From Thermomicrobiales bacterium (GTDB lineage Bacteria > Chloroflexota > Chloroflexia > Thermomicrobiales > UBA6265): a stretch of 64,000 nucleotides of DNA. The position numbers were made by a program, and so were the translations under genes. The stretch lies in NCBI GenBank assembly GCA_045804965.1, contig JBJMMD010000016.1, positions 206,724 to 270,723 of the forward strand. Reading direction: 5' to 3'. This document shows, one piece after another, positions 59,438 to 64,000 of this stretch. Numbering within the stretch: position 1 is the stretch's first letter; the number at the start of each line of letters is the position of its first letter. Below the pieces are notes generated by a model. That model searched no databases. It saw only the letters and a program-made list of their open reading frames with translations, and was not told the DNA's origin.

Positions 59438-61741
59438 TTGCTCTCGTTTCCGCATCCCATACCTAACTCATCAGCTCAGGAGGAACGCGTTGCGGCGAAA
59501 CGTCACAGTTTTCCTTCGCCGAAGTTGGTCATTCAGTTCCTCTTGGTCTTGCTCACCATCGTCGCCGGGTCGAAGAATGCCTCGGCCCACGCCGAGCTAG
59601 TTCGCGCCAATCCAGCCCCGGACTCCATTCTCGGCGCGCCGCCGCAGCACATCGATCTCTGGTTCAGCGAGCGGGTCGACCAAGGAGCGGGGTCGCCGGG
59701 GCTGTCTGTGCTCGACGAAGATGGGCGCGATCTGCAGGTCACGAACCTCCACGTCGATCCCACCGACGCGGAGCACGTGATTGCTGACGTCGCGGGAGCG
59801 AGCGCCGGCACGTACACCATTGTTTGGAGCTCACGCTCAGCCGACGATGGTCACTCCCTCACCGGCAGCTACACGGTGCGAGTCGCGACCGGCCGTGCCC
59901 CTGGCGCCGCGACAACCGAGGGCCAAACGCCGCGCGCCTGGGCGGTCACCACGCGCTGGCTCACCTTCCTCGGCGCCGCGATCGTGGCCGCTGGCTTGCT
60001 CTTTCGCACGATGCTGCAGGGCGGCATAGAAGTGCCTACCTACGCCAACCGCCGCATCAAGATCGTCGCAGTCGGCGCCGCCGTCGCACTCGTCGCAACC
60101 GCGAGCGAACCGTTCCTGCAATCACGATTTCCGCCACCGGGCGCAACCAAACCCGATCTCGGTGACGCGATTGCCGGTCTCCCGAACGCTTGGTGGCTCC
60201 GCCTTGCCGCCGCGGGCGTTGCCCTGCTCATCGGCATCCTCTATCTCATCGCGGGAACCAAGCTCCGCCGGCAAACTCTGCTCGAATGGGCAGGCGCCGC
60301 CGCTGCGTTTTGCACGCTGCTCGGATTGAGCCTCACCAGTCACGCCTCGGCCCGCTCGTCATGGCGCGCGCTGGCCATAGCCTCGGACTATACGCACCTG
60401 GTCTCGGTCGGTCTGTGGACCGGCGGCTTGGTCTTTCTCACCCTCTATTGGCTCAGCCGGGCGCATCGCTCCGAGGGTCCCGATCCGATCCGCCGCTTCT
60501 CCAAGTTCGCCTTAGTGCTGGTGCTCATCGGGATTGCGACCGGTCTCACGAACGCCGGACTTGCGTTACCGACGATCAGGTCGCTCTGGCAGAGCGATTA
60601 CGGCAGAGTCCTCATCGCTAAGGGACTCATCTTGCTTCCGGCGCTTGCGTTGGCAGCGCTTCACCGGCAACGGCTCCGCCATCTCGCCGGACAGGCAGGA
60701 GAAGCGCTTCGGCCGACGATCCGGGTCGAAACCGCGATTGTCGCCTGCGTTGTCCTCGGCGGCACGATCTTGGCCTTGATGGCCCCGCCGGCGAAGGCAA
60801 CCTCCGGCGAGCTTAAGTTGCTCGACCTCGCCGCCCCAGCGGTGAGCGGTTCAGCTTCAACCGATCACCTCATCCGATTCCAGCTCGCCCCAGCGAAGCA
60901 AGGTGCGAACACGATCACGGTGTTCTCGACCGACAAGAAAGGCCAACCGATTCCCAACGACAAGATCGCGCTGGTCCGCATGGACCTATCAAGTCTCGAC
61001 CACGGCGCGATTGAACGAGGACTCGGAGGAACGCCAAACGGTTCTGGCGGCTATACCTTCCAGGGCGACCAGCTCAGCCTCGGCGGGTGGTGGCGGGCCG
61101 ACACGCTCGTGCGCCGGCTCGGTGTCGAAGATGAAACCGCCGCGTTCTATTTCATGCTGCCCGATCCGAACGTCAATGGCTTCGGCGCGCCGAAAACGCC
61201 GAAAACGGATGACGATGCCCACGCGCTATTCCAGCGTGCCCTCGGCACCCTCACTTCGCTCCACAGCATGTCCTACCACGAGCGATTAAGCGGCGGCACC
61301 GGCACCGTCGTCGACTCGGATCACGTCGTGCGCGACGACAACGGCGGCCGTGAACCGGCGATGACGATCACCTCAGGCGACTTCTCGGTCGTCACTATCG
61401 GCAAGAACCAATGGATTAAGGAAGGCAACGGAGCCTGGGAATGGCAGGCAGCGTCGATCGTTGTCCCTCCGTCCCAATGGGGCGACACGTACGACGGCGC
61501 GACCGCTTTCCAACTTGGTACGACCGAGGAGATCGACGGCGCGCAAACCCAGATCGTGACCTTCTACGTCCCGCCAAAACCGCACAGCGTTGCCGCCTGG
61601 TTTGCCTGGTGGATCGACGTCGACACCGGCCATGTAATCCACGAGACGATGATTTCCCGGCAGCACTACATGGTCTGGGACTACGCCGATTTCAACAAAG
61701 ACTTCGATATCCAACCGCCAGCCCCCGTGCCGTCGTCCTAG
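59438..61741 (+). CDS. CopC-CopD fusion with YtkA/FixH-like and C-terminal LppX/LolA-like domains
   Basis: Signal ..ASA|HAEL..P, SADDGH (CopC); SHA, HLVSVGLWTGG, RFS, YGRVLIAK (CopD); LSLGGWW; start uncertain. Confidence 0.85.
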   Translation: MLSFPHPIPNSSAQEERVAAKRHSFPSPKLVIQFLLVLLTIVAGSKNASAHAELVRANPAPDSILGAPPQHIDLWFSERVDQGAGSPGLSVLDEDGRDLQVTNLHVDPTDAEHVIADVAGASAGTYTIVWSSRSADDGHSLTGSYTVRVATGRAPGAATTEGQTPRAWAVTTRWLTFLGAAIVAAGLLFRTMLQGGIEVPTYANRRIKIVAVGAAVALVATASEPFLQSRFPPPGATKPDLGDAIAGLPNAWWLRLAAAGVALLIGILYLIAGTKLRRQTLLEWAGAAAAFCTLLGLSLTSHASARSSWRALAIASDYTHLVSVGLWTGGLVFLTLYWLSRAHRSEGPDPIRRFSKFALVLVLIGIATGLTNAGLALPTIRSLWQSDYGRVLIAKGLILLPALALAALHRQRLRHLAGQAGEALRPTIRVETAIVACVVLGGTILALMAPPAKATSGELKLLDLAAPAVSGSASTDHLIRFQLAPAKQGANTITVFSTDKKGQPIPNDKIALVRMDLSSLDHGAIERGLGGTPNGSGGYTFQGDQLSLGGWWRADTLVRRLGVEDETAAFYFMLPDPNVNGFGAPKTPKTDDDAHALFQRALGTLTSLHSMSYHERLSGGTGTVVDSDHVVRDDNGGREPAMTITSGDFSVVTIGKNQWIKEGNGAWEWQAASIVVPPSQWGDTYDGATAFQLGTTEEIDGAQTQIVTFYVPPKPHSVAAWFAWWIDVDTGHVIHETMISRQHYMVWDYADFNKDFDIQPPAPVPSS

Positions 61742-61847
61742 CGAAATTGGCGCCGATTCCCAGGACCAAATCTCGCAAGGTTGACCGGGGGCTCATCGTG
61801 ACGAAGCCCTTCGGGGCCCGAGCCCAGGACCGCTACGCGCGATTTCG

Positions 61848-61870
61848 GTAGGGGCGCAAGGCTTGCGCCC
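61848..61870. repeat. GTAG-type REP
   Basis: GTAG-GGGCGCAAG-g-CTTGCGCCC palindrome between convergent genes. Confidence 0.65.
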
Positions 61871-61997
61871 GCCTGAAGAACACAGTGGAAAGCTTCGGAG
61901 ACCGCCTCGTTCTCAAGCCCAGGCGCACGGCTGTGCGCCGCTACGGAAACCGTGGTTCGTGCGAACACGTTGAGCCTCGAATGGTGGCTTCGTCGTG

Positions 61998-64000
61998 TTA
62001 GCGGGGAAGGGTCACTTCCAGCCCGGCATCGCCGCGCACTCGCGTAGCCTGAGATGGAAAAACGCCTGATCGGGACGTGGAATCCTGCGGCCGGTCGAGC
62101 GCCAGGCGGAGACCATTCAAGGTCACGGCCAATGACGTGCCCATGTCGGCGGCAACGGCGATCCACAGATTGACCACGCCGAACACGCCGAGGACGAGCG
62201 CTACGACCTTGACGAGCAGCGACAGCGTGATGTTCTGCCGGATGATCCGTATCGTTCGCTTGGAGAGACCGACGGCGTACGCGACGCCTGTCAGATCGTC
62301 GCGCATGAGCGCCATGTCAGCGGTTTCGAGGGCGACGTCTGTGCCCCCGACGCCCATCGCGACGCCTACATCCGCCGCCGCGAGCGCAGGCGCGTCGTTG
62401 ACGCCATCTCCGACCATGACGATCGGGCCGTGGCGCGCCTTGAGCCGTTCGACAGCTCGGGCCTTTTCCTCCGGTAACAGCTCTGCCATCACCTCGTCCA
62501 CGTTGGTTTGGTCGGCGAGTGCTTGGGCCGTGCGAACGTTGTCGCCGGTGATAACCACGGCGAGGTCGATGCCCGTTCGGCGAAGCGCCGCGATCGCTTC
62601 ACGGGCTTCCGGCCGAGGCTTGTCCGCGATCGCGATGAGACCGACCACGTCGACGGATTGTCCGTTTTCGCACGCGACGAAGAAGGGCGATGTGCCTGAG
62701 GCCGCCAAGTGTTCGACGTTGGTCATCACCTCGTTCGGCAATTGGCCTCGTTCCGCCAACCAGCGTCCGTTGCCGACGATCACACGATGGCCATTTACGC
62801 GCGCCGATGCGCCCTGTCCGGCGGTTGAACTAAAGTTGGACGCGACAGGGATCTCGACCTCGTCATGCAGCGCGCGGGCCACTGTCGCCCGCGCGAACGG
62901 ATGCTGCGAATAGGATTCCACCGCCGCCGCCAGCGCCAAGACCTCACCGGCATGGCGTCTACCAAAGGGCACGATCTCGGTGACCGCGGGTCGGCCGAGG
63001 GTGAGTGTGCCGGTTTTGTCGAAGGCGACGACTCGGGCCATACCCGCCGCTTCGAGCGCGGCGCCTCCCTTGACCAGGACGCCGTGACGGGTTGCCGCGC
63101 CAATCGCCGCGACGATCGAGACGGGCGTCGAGATGAGCAACGCGCATGGGCAGGCAATAACCAAGAGCACGAGCGCCCGGTAAATCCACGTCTCCGAATC
63201 GGAAAAGATCATTCCGATCGCGGCGATGATCACGGCCAAGGCGATCACCGCCGGGGTGTAAACCGCCGCGAAGCGATCGACGAGTTGTTGCGACGGCGCG
63301 CGACTAGCCTGGGCGTTTTCGACGAGGTGAATGATCCGGGCGAAGGCCGAGTCGCTGGCCGGCTTCGTCACTTCGACCGTCAACGCCCCTTGGCCGTTGA
63401 CGGTCGCCGCAAAGACTTCGTCTCCAGTCGCCTTTTCCACCGGTAACGATTCGCCCGTGATCGCGCTCTGATCGACCGCGGACTCGCCATCCCGGACCGC
63501 GCCGTCGACGGGGATGCGCGCGCCCGGTTTCACCAGCACGAGGTCGCCGGGATTGAGATCTTCAATCGCGACTTGAACTTCTTGATCGTCGATGAGCCTA
63601 GTCGCGGTTGGCGGCGCGAGGTCCATGAGGGCGCGGATCGCGCCGCGTGTGCGGTCAAAGGTGAGCACTTGCAGCGCACTGCCGAGCCCAAAGAGCACGA
63701 CGACCATCGCGCCTTCGGACCAATCGCCGAGCGCCGCCGCGCCGAGCGCAGAGATCGACATCAACACATTCATGTCGAGATGGCGAGCCCGCACCGCGAG
63801 AAGCGCAGCCCTGGCGATGCCGTACCCGCCGACGACCATCGCGGCGGCGTACATCGCCGTGACCGCTAGGTCGGGTGCGTTTGCCAGGTGTAGGCCGAAC
63901 GCAATCACCCAACAGAGCGCGGCCAGGGCGACGGGGATGAGCCGGCGTTCTTGCCAGATCGGCGCACGCTTGGAAACCCGCATCGTGCCCGGCATGCGCG
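61998..64000 (-). CDS. Heavy-metal P1B-type ATPase (ZntA/CadA-like); N-terminus outside the window
   Basis: TGES, CPC, DKTGT, HP, TGDN, GDGVND, TM Lys (LLVK) and DMG of the P1B-2 type. Confidence 0.93.
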   Translation of the reverse strand, partial: RMPGTMRVSKRAPIWQERRLIPVALAALCWVIAFGLHLANAPDLAVTAMYAAAMVVGGYGIARAALLAVRARHLDMNVLMSISALGAAALGDWSEGAMVVVLFGLGSALQVLTFDRTRGAIRALMDLAPPTATRLIDDQEVQVAIEDLNPGDLVLVKPGARIPVDGAVRDGESAVDQSAITGESLPVEKATGDEVFAATVNGQGALTVEVTKPASDSAFARIIHLVENAQASRAPSQQLVDRFAAVYTPAVIALAVIIAAIGMIFSDSETWIYRALVLLVIACPCALLISTPVSIVAAIGAATRHGVLVKGGAALEAAGMARVVAFDKTGTLTLGRPAVTEIVPFGRRHAGEVLALAAAVESYSQHPFARATVARALHDEVEIPVASNFSSTAGQGASARVNGHRVIVGNGRWLAERGQLPNEVMTNVEHLAASGTSPFFVACENGQSVDVVGLIAIADKPRPEAREAIAALRRTGIDLAVVITGDNVRTAQALADQTNVDEVMAELLPEEKARAVERLKARHGPIVMVGDGVNDAPALAAADVGVAMGVGGTDVALETADMALMRDDLTGVAYAVGLSKRTIRIIRQNITLSLLVKVVALVLGVFGVVNLWIAVAADMGTSLAVTLNGLRLALDRPQDSTSRSGVFPSQATRVRGDAGLEVTLPR

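Overview
High-GC bacterial chromosomal window, most likely Chloroflexota/Thermomicrobiales. This is inferred from the 'QEATP/NATPA/GTPVA' linkers in secreted proteins, Tat-type solute-binding proteins and a Gram-positive-type LexA box. It carries housekeeping genes (purK-purE, pyrG, glgX-pgi, homoserine dehydrogenase, fused accD-accA, ggt) and five ABC importers (NitT/TauT-type, two Dpp/Opp-type, polyol, tungstate TupABC). It also has general-stress genes (PfpI, Csp3, YtxH, SDR, Zn-dehydrogenase), an AbrB-PIN toxin-antitoxin pair, metal-handling genes and an Rv2578c-type radical SAM gene with a LexA box that is interrupted by an in-frame TAA. I saw no rRNA, tRNA, CRISPR array or transposase. 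The most interesting signals are non-coding. Nine intergenic sigma54-type (GGCA-N8-GC) motifs point at stress/dormancy-type genes and at two ~77-80 nt candidate sRNAs, one with anti-Shine-Dalgarno-like C-rich segments. There is also a concentric array of CGTC-type REP half-sites, and an ATPase-less RarA/MgsA-like protein embedded in an ABC uptake operon. All calls come from reading the sequence by eye; no searches were run.
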